Source of the DNA: Bacilli bacterium
GTDB lineage: Bacteria > Bacillota_I > Bacilli_A > RF39 > UBA660
Assembly: GCA_017461465.1 (NCBI GenBank)
Contig: JAFTYN010000152.1
Location: forward strand, 1 to 49,237
Reading direction: 5' to 3'
Length of the DNA: 49,237 nt
Shown piece by piece: positions 8,621-18,186 of this stretch; within the stretch, counting starts at the first letter, position 1; each line of letters opens with the position of its first letter. The notes beneath the pieces were generated by a model. The model made no database searches. It saw only the letters and a program-made list of their open reading frames with translations, and had not been told where the DNA came from. The position numbers were made by a program, and so were the translations under genes.

Positions 8621-10804
8621 TTGTAATTCTACTAATACTTCTCTTGGTTTTGAGCCATTTTGAGGTCCTACAATACCTCTTTCTTCTAATTTATCAACTA
8701 AATTTGCAGCTCTATTATAACCTATTCTAAATCTTCTTTGAATAAGTGAAGTACTTGCTTTTTTACTAGTAACGACAAATTCAACTACTTGATCATATAA
8801 AGGATCTTCACCTGGATCATAGTCATGACCTTCATTATCTACCATAGTAGTAGCATTCATTTCTTCAGGATCCATAGTTAATGTTTCATCATATCTAGCC
8901 TTCTGCTGTTTTATAGTATAATTTACTACATTTTTAATTTCATCATCAGATACAAAAGTACCTTGAATACGTATTGGTGTATTTTCTCCTTGTGGAAGGA
9001 ATAACATATCACCTTTACCTAGAAGTTTTTCTGCTCCAACTGAATCTAAAATAGTTCTAGAATCGATACCACTAGATACCGCAAAAGCTATTCTAGATGG
9101 AATATTAGCTTTAACTACACCAGTAATTACATCTGTAGATGGTCTTTGTGTTGCTACAATTAAATGGATACCTGCAGCACGTGCCATTTGTGTAATTCTC
9201 ATAATAGAATCTTGAACTTCTTTAGCAGCTACTAACATTAAATCTGCAAGTTCATCAATAATAATTACTATAAAAGGTAATTTATTTAATTTTTCACCTT
9301 CTGGTAATTTCTCATTTTGTTTATCTATATAAGTATTATATCCTGCTATATTCTTAGTTTTACTATTTTCAAATAAATCATATCTTCTTTCCATTTCAGT
9401 AACCATTTTTTTAAGAGCTATATTAGCTTTTCTAGGATCAGTTACTACTGGAGCAAGTAAATGAGGAACTCCGTTATACATAGAAAGTTCTACTTTCTTA
9501 GGATCTACTAATACTAATTTTACTTCATCAGGTCTAGTTCGCATTAAGATAGAAACTATAATACTATTAATACATACTGATTTACCACTACCAGTTGAAC
9601 CAGCTACTAAAAGGTGTGGAGTTTTATTAATTTCACAGTACTGAGGATTTCCCATGATATCTCTACCTAATGTAACAGCAAGTTTACTTTCTTTCATACT
9701 ACTTGGAATACGTTCTAAAACTTCTCTTACACTAACCATAGTATTTTTCTTGTTAGGTAATTCAATACCAACTGTACTCTTACCTGGAATTGGTGCTTGA
9801 ATACGAACTTCTTTTGCTGCTAAAGCTAAAGCAAGTTCTCTATTTATAGCAAGAATTCTATTTAATTTAGTACCTGTTTTAACCTCAAGTTCATACTGCG
9901 TTACAGAAGGTCCAACATGAGCAGCTACTACTTTACTTTCAATTTCAAATTCTTTAAGAACATTTTCTATTAATGGCGCTGTTGTTTTTACAGCATCATT
10001 ATTTTCATTACTATTAGATTTAGCAGGTTTATTTAAAAGTGTTATTGGAGGATAATAATAAACTTTGCTTATTTCCTCTTCTTCTTTTACTTCACCTGTT
10101 TCAGGATCAACTACTATTTCTTTTTCTTCTTTCTTTTCGCCATATTTAGTTAGTTCTTCCATGCTTGTGATAACTACTTTATCATCTGCTTCATAATCAT
10201 CTTCTGCTTTAGTAATAGCAATTCTATCACTTTCTTTAACTTTACCTTTAATTTTTATTTTAGCTTTAATACCTGTAACAATATCTTTTATAGATAATCC
10301 AGTAAATAGAATTATACCCGCAACTACTAAAATCCAGCTTATTACAGTAGCACCTTCTTTTGCAAATAAAGCTATTGATATAGCACAAAAGATAGCACCT
10401 AATATACCACCACCATTTAAATTAATAGTATCTGGTGATTCAAAATATGCACATAAATTATCAAATGTTTTTGTAATCATTTCAAAACCTTTAAATTCAG
10501 CATAATCTAAATGACTTAATACTAATACTGCTAAAATAAGTATATATAAACCTATTAATTTAGAAGTAAAAAACTTTGGCTTTTCTCCCTTTACAACCAT
10601 ATATATACCAATTATAGCTACTAATATATAAAATATAGCATACCACTGTCCAACTAAAAAAGCTCCAATTCCTTTAACAAAGTCTCCAACTGGACCAAAT
10701 TTAGCAAGTCCAATTAAAGCAACTAATATAACTATAAATCCCTTTAATTCATAACTTACAGGACTAGTCTCTTTTTCAGCTTTTCTTTTCTTTTTCTTTG
10801 CCAT
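8609..10804 (-). CDS. ftsK: DNA translocase FtsK/SpoIIIE
   Basis: N-terminal polytopic membrane domain and an acidic linker. Walker A GSTGSGKSV and Walker B IIIDELADL. C-terminal winged-helix gamma domain (SLIQRRFRIGYNRAANLVDKLEERGIVGP). Confidence 0.9.
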   Translation of the reverse strand: MAKKKKRKAEKETSPVSYELKGFIVILVALIGLAKFGPVGDFVKGIGAFLVGQWYAIFYILVAIIGIYMVVKGEKPKFFTSKLIGLYILILAVLVLSHLDYAEFKGFEMITKTFDNLCAYFESPDTINLNGGGILGAIFCAISIALFAKEGATVISWILVVAGIILFTGLSIKDIVTGIKAKIKIKGKVKESDRIAITKAEDDYEADDKVVITSMEELTKYGEKKEEKEIVVDPETGEVKEEEEISKVYYYPPITLLNKPAKSNSNENNDAVKTTAPLIENVLKEFEIESKVVAAHVGPSVTQYELEVKTGTKLNRILAINRELALALAAKEVRIQAPIPGKSTVGIELPNKKNTMVSVREVLERIPSSMKESKLAVTLGRDIMGNPQYCEINKTPHLLVAGSTGSGKSVCINSIIVSILMRTRPDEVKLVLVDPKKVELSMYNGVPHLLAPVVTDPRKANIALKKMVTEMERRYDLFENSKTKNIAGYNTYIDKQNEKLPEGEKLNKLPFIVIIIDELADLMLVAAKEVQDSIMRITQMARAAGIHLIVATQRPSTDVITGVVKANIPSRIAFAVSSGIDSRTILDSVGAEKLLGKGDMLFLPQGENTPIRIQGTFVSDDEIKNVVNYTIKQQKARYDETLTMDPEEMNATTMVDNEGHDYDPGEDPLYDQVVEFVVTSKKASTSLIQRRFRIGYNRAANLVDKLEERGIVGPQNGSKPREVLVELQKED

Positions 10805-10827
10805 ACTTCTTCCCTACTTTCACAATT

Positions 10828-10838
10828 TAATTATATCA
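10828..10838 (-). promoter_or_regulatory. extended -10 promoter element (TGATATAATTA) upstream of ftsK
   Basis: Minus strand reads CATGATATAATTAAATTGTGAAAGTAGGGAAGAAGTATG. Confidence 0.4.
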
Positions 10839-10852
10839 TGATTACTTTATTT

Positions 10853-10880
10853 ATAAAAGAAAAAATGCTAAAAAGCATTT
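10853..10880 (-). terminator. rho-independent terminator after pilin gene 10880..11281
   Basis: Minus strand reads AATGCT-TTTT-AGCATT followed by TTTTTCTTTT, directly after the stop. Confidence 0.5.
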
Positions 10881-11281
10881 TAATTCGAGCATATAGTATT
10901 GCAATCTTCTTTAAATTCAATTGGACTTCTAGATATATCAAAATTAGTAGTTAACTCTTCTTCATTAATTTCTTCTACACTTCTTACTCCATCACTAAGT
11001 TCATATAAAACAATATCTTCACCAATTAATTTCCAGTAGCCAGTAAATTTAGTACCTTTAATTTCTAAATTATCAATACAACCACATGAACGATTATATT
11101 CTATAACTTCTATCGTTCTAATATTTTTTACTAATGTTTTAACATTATCCCTAAATAAATTATCTTTAGCTTCATTAGTTATACGAGTATAAATTGGCAT
11201 TACAATACTACCAATTATCCCAAGAACAATTACAGCTGCTAGAAGTTCCATAAGTGTAAAACCTTTATTTTTTCTATTCAT
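10880..11281 (-). CDS. prepilin-type (type IV pilin/pseudopilin-like) protein
   Basis: MNRKNKG|FTLMELLAAVIVLGIIGSIV is a class III signal with Glu+5. Small 133-aa protein with 4 Cys in the globular part (CGC...C..IC). Confidence 0.75.
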   Translation of the reverse strand: MNRKNKGFTLMELLAAVIVLGIIGSIVMPIYTRITNEAKDNLFRDNVKTLVKNIRTIEVIEYNRSCGCIDNLEIKGTKFTGYWKLIGEDIVLYELSDGVRSVEEINEEELTTNFDISRSPIEFKEDCNTICSN

Positions 11282-11354
11282 ATCAATTCCTACTCTCTAC
11301 ATATATTATAAAATAGCATTTATAATTAGTCAAACAAAAAGTAAGAATGAATTC

Positions 11355-12227
11355 TTACTTTACTCTTCCTACTAATTTAATAATTTTACCATGTTCATCA
11401 AGTGGTCTATTATCATATCTCACTTGTTCTTTTAAGCACCATCTAGAATATTCATAACGGCTTTCTTTGAAATCATGGGCATATCCTTTTCTAAAACATT
11501 TATGATATCTTTTCCAATCATCAACTTTACCATCAGTATATTCATGTTTAACATAACCAAGTTTACCTAAACGTCCCCAAACTTCATCCTTAGCGCTTTC
11601 TTCTGCAAGTAACATAGCAAGATTAATATCATCTTTATATTTTTTCTTATAAAATTCTAAATATTTAGCATATAAAGTTCTAAATGGATTAAGAACATCC
11701 TTTTCATAATTTTCATAATCAACATAATACACTAATTCATTCATGTAATAAATATCATCACTTAATACTATCTTTTCTATTTTAGTTACTGGTACTCTTA
11801 ATTTTTTAAGTTTATATTTTAATAATTCAGAAGTACTTTTTTCCTTACCAGATATAGCACTTTCTTCACCTGGAAGTGTTATAAGTTCATATTTATTTCT
11901 AATAGCTATAGAATCCGCTATTGAAGTATAATACCCACCATTTTCTATACCGTTTATAGAAGGATTAGGAATATATGTATCTATTTTTCTTCCTGGTCTA
12001 GCTATATATTTTTTAGCTAAATTTGTATATTTTTCATATGGTGAGTTTTTAGTAACTATCATTGAAATAATATTAGCACTTCTATTATGCGAATCTTTTA
12101 TTCCATTTAATAAAGTACTATCATATAAATGCAAACTTTTTGGCACAAATAATGAAATATGTTTTAAATCATCTGCCATACTATCATATTGTTTTAATAT
12201 ATCATTTTTTATTTCTACAGGTAACAT
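11355..12227 (-). CDS. hypothetical cytoplasmic protein (290 aa)
   Basis: Long ORF with RBS AAGGGGGA and a canonical promoter upstream. No TM segment and no motif I can recognise. Confidence 0.5.
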   Translation of the reverse strand: MLPVEIKNDILKQYDSMADDLKHISLFVPKSLHLYDSTLLNGIKDSHNRSANIISMIVTKNSPYEKYTNLAKKYIARPGRKIDTYIPNPSINGIENGGYYTSIADSIAIRNKYELITLPGEESAISGKEKSTSELLKYKLKKLRVPVTKIEKIVLSDDIYYMNELVYYVDYENYEKDVLNPFRTLYAKYLEFYKKKYKDDINLAMLLAEESAKDEVWGRLGKLGYVKHEYTDGKVDDWKRYHKCFRKGYAHDFKESRYEYSRWCLKEQVRYDNRPLDEHGKIIKLVGRVK

Positions 12228-12250
12228 AATAATCCCCCTTACCTGCAGAT

Positions 12251-12278
12251 ATTATACTTTTTTTTATTTATTTGTCAA
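12251..12278 (-). promoter_or_regulatory. sigma-A type promoter for 11355..12227
   Basis: Minus strand reads TTGACA-16 nt-TATAAT (TTGACAAATAAATAAAAAAAAGTATAAT). Confidence 0.55.
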
Positions 12279-12294
12279 TCTAAAAGAGATATGA

Positions 12295-12951
12295 TTATTC
12301 ATATCTCTTTGCTTTTACTTGTTTTTTTTCTGGAAGTTTATCATCATATTTTTGTCTTAATGTATATAATTCAGTTAAATTTTGATATGTCTCATAATCT
12401 ACAACACCATAAGCATCTACTATTGTAGCTAAATCCTTACTAATCTTTTTAACTTCATGATGCACTAAAGAACCCATAGGTGCATATAATAAACTTCTTT
12501 TCTTCTGAGCATATTTTTCTATATATTCTCCTAAAGCATTATTTAGTTTTTGCTGTCTTCTTAAAGCTTCCTTCCAAACTTCCATATTACCTTCATTGTT
12601 ACTTAAATGTTTTTTTAATAATCTGTCATTAAAATTTAAAACATCACCAATTAGTATTTTTCTTGGTCCAAAAGTAGCTTTTTGATAAATTCTTTCTACC
12701 GTATAATTATCATATTCACTACCTTTTTGTCTTGAAAATAATCCAATATAATCGTCACCATAATCAGAAGTTGATTCCCAAACTCCTATTTCTAGTTCCT
12801 GTGTTCTATTTTTTTCTTTAGACTCATATTCAGCTTTATAAATATGCGACCCACCTTCATGCTCTAGAAATAATGCTATAGCATCACTAATACTACCACC
12901 AAAATATTCTTCAACTAACGAAATTATTTTTTCCTCTTTATTCTGTCTCAT
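12295..12951 (-). CDS. hypothetical cytoplasmic protein (218 aa)
   Basis: Long ORF with no TM segment and no recognisable motif. An 11-bp perfect hairpin (12284..12309) overlaps its stop. Confidence 0.5.
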   Translation of the reverse strand: MRQNKEEKIISLVEEYFGGSISDAIALFLEHEGGSHIYKAEYESKEKNRTQELEIGVWESTSDYGDDYIGLFSRQKGSEYDNYTVERIYQKATFGPRKILIGDVLNFNDRLLKKHLSNNEGNMEVWKEALRRQQKLNNALGEYIEKYAQKKRSLLYAPMGSLVHHEVKKISKDLATIVDAYGVVDYETYQNLTELYTLRQKYDDKLPEKKQVKAKRYE

Positions 12952-13027
12952 AATACCTTTCCTCCCTCGAAATTGAAAATTATTCTAACATATTTCTAGT
13001 TTTTGTCAAATTACCAAAAAAAAACTG

Positions 13028-14359
13028 TTAATTTAGTTTATTAACAGTTTCTTTAAATTCATTACCTCTATCTTCAAAACATTTATATTGATCCCAAGAA
13101 GCACATCCTGGTGAAAGAAGAATAACATCTCCTTCACTTGAGTTTTCATAAGATGTATTTGTCGCATCTATCAAATTATCTTTTATAATGCATTTTATAT
13201 TTAATGATTTACACCACTCACTAATTCTTTCTTTAGTTTCACCATAGCATACTACTAATTTAACATTAGTCATATATTCATTTAAATTATCAAAACTATG
13301 TCCTCTATCAAGACCACCCATAATTAATATAGTAGGCCTTTTAAAAGAATTTACTGCAATAACAGTAGAATCTGTATTAGTAGATTTACTATCGTTATAA
13401 AAATCTCTCTTATTTAAAGTTCTGACGTATTCAATACGATGTTCTACTCCACCAAAAGTAGTTAAAACTTCATTTATAACATCATTAGATACACCTAAAT
13501 TCTTACATACTACAATAGCGCACATAGCATTTTCATAATTATGTTTGCCTTGAAGCATAATGTCATTTATATTAATAATTTTTTCATTATTATAAACAAT
13601 ATAATCATCTTTTATATAAATATCACTTTCTACTTCACTTGAGAAAGTTATTTTCTTGCTAGGTATATCATTTACTAATTTAAGTACATCTTCATTACCA
13701 TTATTTATAATGGCAAGTTCTTTATCTGTATGCCCATTAAAGATTTTCTTCTTAGTATTTTTATAATTATCATAACTATTTTCATGAAAATCTAAATGAT
13801 TTTGATATAAATTAGTAAGAACACTTATATCAGTTTTAAAATCATACATATCTACAAGCTGATGATCTGATATTTCAAGAACTAAAATATCATTTTCTTT
13901 AACTCTTTCTACTAAAGATGATACTGGATAACCAATATTGCCACCCAAATGAACAGGTAATCCTGCTTTTTCTAATATATTATATATTAATGTTGTCGTA
14001 GTAGTCTTACCATTAGAACCAGTAATACCAACAATTCTAACATTAGGTAAAAAAGTTCCGGCTACCTCTACTTCGTTTATAACTTTCATGCCAAGTTCTT
14101 TAGCCTTAACAACACACTTATGTGATTTTATAATTCCAGGATTTTTTACTAAAACATCATAAGAATCATCTAAAAGTTCATCAGGTTTATCAGTAACTAT
14201 ATAAGTTACTCCTAATTCTTTTAGAACTTTAACATCTTCCTCATTTTGTTCTTTCATATCTGTAATTGTTATTTCATTATTATGTTTTGCTAAAAGCTTA
14301 GCTACTTCAAAGCCACTTCTAGCCATTCCTAAAATAAATATTTTTTTATTTTCGTACAT
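13028..14359 (-). CDS. murD: UDP-N-acetylmuramoyl-L-alanine--D-glutamate ligase
   Basis: N-terminal Rossmann segment ILGMARSG, Mur ligase P-loop GITGSNGKTTTT, NLYQNHLD and a C-terminal LLSPGCASWDQY-like motif. 443 aa. Confidence 0.9.
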   Translation of the reverse strand: MYENKKIFILGMARSGFEVAKLLAKHNNEITITDMKEQNEEDVKVLKELGVTYIVTDKPDELLDDSYDVLVKNPGIIKSHKCVVKAKELGMKVINEVEVAGTFLPNVRIVGITGSNGKTTTTTLIYNILEKAGLPVHLGGNIGYPVSSLVERVKENDILVLEISDHQLVDMYDFKTDISVLTNLYQNHLDFHENSYDNYKNTKKKIFNGHTDKELAIINNGNEDVLKLVNDIPSKKITFSSEVESDIYIKDDYIVYNNEKIININDIMLQGKHNYENAMCAIVVCKNLGVSNDVINEVLTTFGGVEHRIEYVRTLNKRDFYNDSKSTNTDSTVIAVNSFKRPTILIMGGLDRGHSFDNLNEYMTNVKLVVCYGETKERISEWCKSLNIKCIIKDNLIDATNTSYENSSEGDVILLSPGCASWDQYKCFEDRGNEFKETVNKLN

Positions 14360-14411
14360 AAAAAAACCTCCTAATTAATTATATCATTAATTAAGAAGTT
14401 TGTTAAATTTA

Positions 14412-15023
14412 TTAATCTAAGTCTAAAATATTAATGTTATAAACTCCTGATTTAGAAAATATTTCATAACTATTTTCTTCATCTATTTTTTCACCATTAT
14501 ATTCTTTATTATTTACAGTAACTATTTCTTCTTTATCATTAGTCTTAATATAAAAATCTTTATCATTAGATAAATAATTATTAATTACATTACCATCTTC
14601 ATCTACAAAATAAACACTTGGTTCATGATCAACATTAATATTTAAAGTATATTCAGTGAAGTATTTTTTAAAAGTCACAACATAATTTCCTTCTTTTAAA
14701 GAAAAATTCTTTTTAACCTTTTCACCATCTACTTTAACTTCAAAACCTTTTGATTCACAATTTATACTAACATCTTCATTAAAGAATAATCCCTCATTAT
14801 TAAAGAAATTTATCTCTTTACCATTAAACTTTAAATTTAAATCATAGTTAGCAGTATTTACAATTATAGCTAGTAGTAATGGAACAAACGCTAAAACTAG
14901 AATAACTAATGCTACTATTTTTCCTTCTTTAGTAAGTTCTACCTTTTTTACTGTTTTATTAGTTTTACTTACTTCACTTTTTTTAGATACTTTATTCTTA
15001 TTTTTAATTTCTTCTTTTTTCAT
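14412..15023 (-). CDS. bitopic membrane protein, last gene of the pilin operon (function unknown)
   Basis: Lys-rich N-tail, a single TM helix (IVALVILVLAFVPLLLAIIV) and a beta-rich ectodomain. It starts 10 nt after the stop of the giant pilin. Confidence 0.55.
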   Translation of the reverse strand: MKKEEIKNKNKVSKKSEVSKTNKTVKKVELTKEGKIVALVILVLAFVPLLLAIIVNTANYDLNLKFNGKEINFFNNEGLFFNEDVSINCESKGFEVKVDGEKVKKNFSLKEGNYVVTFKKYFTEYTLNINVDHEPSVYFVDEDGNVINNYLSNDKDFYIKTNDKEEIVTVNNKEYNGEKIDEENSYEIFSKSGVYNINILDLD

Positions 15024-15033
15024 ATATTTCTCC

Positions 15034-18000
15034 TTATCTAGTTAAGGTTATTGATGCAGCGTTTCCTGTTGGGAATGTTCCTGCAGCATATGTATTCCCA
15101 TCACTGCCTGTAAATGCATAAGATGTAATGTTTGACATAGAGACAGTTGAAGGTATATTTTTAGGAGTTTTAATTGTTTTTAGATTCGTTGTACCATTAA
15201 ACATAGATGACATATAATCTAAATTAGAACTTAATGACCATGAACTTAAATCTAGTGATGTTAAACTAGTAATTCCATAGAACATAGATGAAAGAGTTGT
15301 CACCTTTTCTACGTTCCATCCTGATACATTTATATTAGATATTTTCGAATTATAAAACATATAGGACATACTTGTTACATTCGCTGTATTAAAATGTCTT
15401 AAATCTAATGAAGCTACATTTGTAGTATCAAACATAGATGACATACTTGTAACTTTACCCGTATTCCATCCTGACACATTTATTGTTGTGGCTTTTGCGG
15501 TTTCAAACATAGCTGACATACTTGTTACATTCGCTGTATTAAAATGACTTAAATCTAATGTTGCTACATTCGTGCCGTAAAACATATACGACATGTTTGT
15601 AACTTTCCCTGTGTTCCATCCTGATGTATTTATTGCGGTAGCTTTAGAACCATAAAACATATATGACATATTAGTTACATTTGATACATCGAGAGATGAT
15701 AAATTTAATGTCGTAGCAGCAGTAGCGCGAAACATATATGACATATTTGTTACTTTTGAGGTATTCCATCCTGAAACATTTATTGTTGTGGCTTTTGAAC
15801 TATAAAACATCGAATTCATACTTGTAACATTTGCTGTATTGAAATGACTTAAATCTAATGTTGCTACATTCGTGCCGTAAAACATAGACGACATACTTGT
15901 AACTTTTCCTGTGTTCCATCCTGATGTATTTATTGCGGTAGCTTTAGAATTATAGAACATACATGACATATTAGTTACATTTGATGTATTAAAATGAGAC
16001 AAATCTAGTGTTGTCGCAGCAGTATCACTAAACATATATGACATATTTGTTACCTGACTAGTATCCCATCCTGACACATTTATTGTTGGAGCTTTCATGT
16101 TATAAAACATATACGACATATTAGTCACATTTGAAGTATTCCATGTCGATAAATCTAAACTTTCTACTGCTTCTAAATATTCAAACATACCACTCATATT
16201 AGTAACCCTATGTGTATTAAAATGACTTAGATTTAAGTTTAGTAAAACATTATTACCATCATCCATATAATATCTATCAGCACGTCTCATTGAAAACATA
16301 TAGCTCATATCAGTTACATTTGATGTATCCCATCCGTTTAAATTTATTGATGACAAATTATAATTATAATGAAACATCGAAGACATATCTTTAACTTTTT
16401 CAGTATCAAAGGAACTCAAATCAAGTGATTCAATATAACATAGTCCCTCAAACATATGACTCATATCTTCTACATTAGCTGTATCCCATCCTGAAAAATC
16501 AATTTCAGCGATATCTGAACAATAATATGTTTGTGATGGGCGAAAAACAAGATTTTCAATACTATTATTCTTATTTAATCCATCTAAAATACTAGGTGTT
16601 AATTTTTTTGTATCACTCTTTAAATAGTCATCATATGCATATGATGAATCATGTCCAGCAAACATATATGACATATCTACAACATTTGAAGTATCAAAAG
16701 AACTAAGATCTAACGTTCCTAATGAGCACATTCCTTCAAACATATGGCTCATATTTTGAACACTAGATGTATCCCAATTAGTTAAATCTAAATTTGTTAT
16801 ATTAGAGCAATTAAATACTGAAGCATCGTCTCCTATAACAACCAACTGTTCAATATTGTTTTTATCATTAAAATTATTTAAATAATTTATTTTAAAATCA
16901 TCCAATATATTAGCACTAATAGGATCTACATCTTCTTCATCATAACCAGCAAACATATATGACATATTTACAACATCTGAAGTATCATAATTTTCAAAAT
17001 TTACTGTATATAAGTTATCTAAACGATAAAACCAGTATGAAGAATCTATATTGGCTTTTATTGTACCATTACTTCCAATATACATATTGTAATATCCTGC
17101 ATTAGATGCACTTTCTATAATCCAACCTTTTATAGAATTATCTTTGGCTTCTGATAAATCCCAAGTTGCTACTGCATTTGCAGGAATATCAACATTATCT
17201 ATAAAGGAAATAGAAGTAATATTAGGTGCATATGAAGAACTTCTAAAACCACCCGATAAAAGTCCTGCTGAATAAGTTTCTAAATAAGAATATTTAGAAA
17301 CTAAAGTAATTTTTCTGTTTTTAGAAACTGAATTGCCACTTTTATCAGTTGCTATATAAGTAATGATATATTCACCTGGTCTATTATAATTAATAGTACC
17401 ACTAGTCTTAATTGTAGGAGCTACCCCACTATTATCTGTAGCAGTAACTCCTTCCATTAGATTTAAAGTTTCTCCTATTCCTATTTCTAAATCTTCAGGA
17501 ACATTTAGTTCTGGTGCTGTTGTATCTACTACATATACTTTTCTTGTTAATGTTTTTGATATACCATTTTCAATAATTGTATATTTAGCATGATAATCTT
17601 TTCCTAATACTTTTAAATTAACATTGTTTGATTTTACTATACTAGAACTCATATCTTCACCAGCTGAACTTTTTGCAGTTGCACCTGGATCAAATGAAGC
17701 ATAAGTTAAAGTACTATCATTTGTTATTTCTATTTTTTGAGGATTATCTCCTAACAAGTATATTGATGGTGTTTTAGATACTGCTTCACAATCTTTTAAA
17801 TTACCATCTATAAGCTCTTCATCTAAAAAAGTATATTCATATGTATCTTTTTCATTATCTTTTACTCTTGTTATTTTAAACTGCATTGTATTTGCTAAAC
17901 AAGTACTTGTTTTAGGATTTTTTATTTCATATTCGATATAACCTTGCTCTTTTAAATCTGCTAAAGTTACTATTATTTCTTCGCCATCTTCATATATTAG

Positions 18001-18186
18001 TTCTTTATTATCTGTAACCCAGTTTCTTAATCCATCTTTTAATGTATCTTTTGTTCTATTATAAGCATTATTCTTTGTTTTAGTTATAATATAGTCTACT
18101 GATGGAATTGCTATTAATGCTATTAAACCTATTAATATTACTACTCCTATTAACTCTACAAGTGTAAAACCTTTTCTACTTTTCAT
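15034..18186 (-). CDS. modular giant pilin: prepilin N-terminus + pilin module + two Ig-like (DUF5011-type) domains + ~20 DUF285/BspA-type leucine-rich repeats
   Basis: MKSRKG|FTLVELIGVVILIGLIALI. Residues 1 to about 133 align with the 134-aa pilin encoded upstream, including both Cys. Next come LLGDNP...DPGATAKSSAGEDMS and TTAPEL...VTATDNSG...GEYIITYIATDKSGN (Ig-like). About 20 repeats of the form (D/N)TxxV(T/V)xMSxMF follow. Confidence 0.8.
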   Translation of the reverse strand: MKSRKGFTLVELIGVVILIGLIALIAIPSVDYIITKTKNNAYNRTKDTLKDGLRNWVTDNKELIYEDGEEIIVTLADLKEQGYIEYEIKNPKTSTCLANTMQFKITRVKDNEKDTYEYTFLDEELIDGNLKDCEAVSKTPSIYLLGDNPQKIEITNDSTLTYASFDPGATAKSSAGEDMSSSIVKSNNVNLKVLGKDYHAKYTIIENGISKTLTRKVYVVDTTAPELNVPEDLEIGIGETLNLMEGVTATDNSGVAPTIKTSGTINYNRPGEYIITYIATDKSGNSVSKNRKITLVSKYSYLETYSAGLLSGGFRSSSYAPNITSISFIDNVDIPANAVATWDLSEAKDNSIKGWIIESASNAGYYNMYIGSNGTIKANIDSSYWFYRLDNLYTVNFENYDTSDVVNMSYMFAGYDEEDVDPISANILDDFKINYLNNFNDKNNIEQLVVIGDDASVFNCSNITNLDLTNWDTSSVQNMSHMFEGMCSLGTLDLSSFDTSNVVDMSYMFAGHDSSYAYDDYLKSDTKKLTPSILDGLNKNNSIENLVFRPSQTYYCSDIAEIDFSGWDTANVEDMSHMFEGLCYIESLDLSSFDTEKVKDMSSMFHYNYNLSSINLNGWDTSNVTDMSYMFSMRRADRYYMDDGNNVLLNLNLSHFNTHRVTNMSGMFEYLEAVESLDLSTWNTSNVTNMSYMFYNMKAPTINVSGWDTSQVTNMSYMFSDTAATTLDLSHFNTSNVTNMSCMFYNSKATAINTSGWNTGKVTSMSSMFYGTNVATLDLSHFNTANVTSMNSMFYSSKATTINVSGWNTSKVTNMSYMFRATAATTLNLSSLDVSNVTNMSYMFYGSKATAINTSGWNTGKVTNMSYMFYGTNVATLDLSHFNTANVTSMSAMFETAKATTINVSGWNTGKVTSMSSMFDTTNVASLDLRHFNTANVTSMSYMFYNSKISNINVSGWNVEKVTTLSSMFYGITSLTSLDLSSWSLSSNLDYMSSMFNGTTNLKTIKTPKNIPSTVSMSNITSYAFTGSDGNTYAAGTFPTGNAASITLTR
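15190..17010 (-). repeat. coding tandem-repeat array (DUF285/BspA LRR units, ~69-75 nt) with a near-identical 300-bp higher-order repeat at 15481..15780 / 15781..16080
   Basis: Lines 15481-15780 and 15781-16080 align at an offset of exactly 300 nt. One shared run of 43 identical nt is ATGACTTAAATCTAATGTTGCTACATTCGTGCCGTAAAACATA. Confidence 0.85.

Noticed and set aside
6589-14386. The identical 11-mer TGATATAATTA upstream of both hydrolase units, ftsK and murD (6589, 8566, 10828, 14376) might be a shared regulator-binding site for envelope genes.
   Set aside because: It is simply an extended -10 box plus TA. Close variants (TGCTATAATTA, TGGTATAATTA, TGTTATAAT) precede unrelated genes such as the pilin operon, the desulfurase gene, a tRNA and ybaK. 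It most likely reflects the promoter consensus of this AT-rich organism.
15190-17010. The regular short repeats might be a CRISPR array or a non-coding satellite.
   Set aside because: The repeats are in frame within a single 1050-codon ORF and translate to DUF285/BspA LRR units. There are no unique spacers of constant length and no cas genes.
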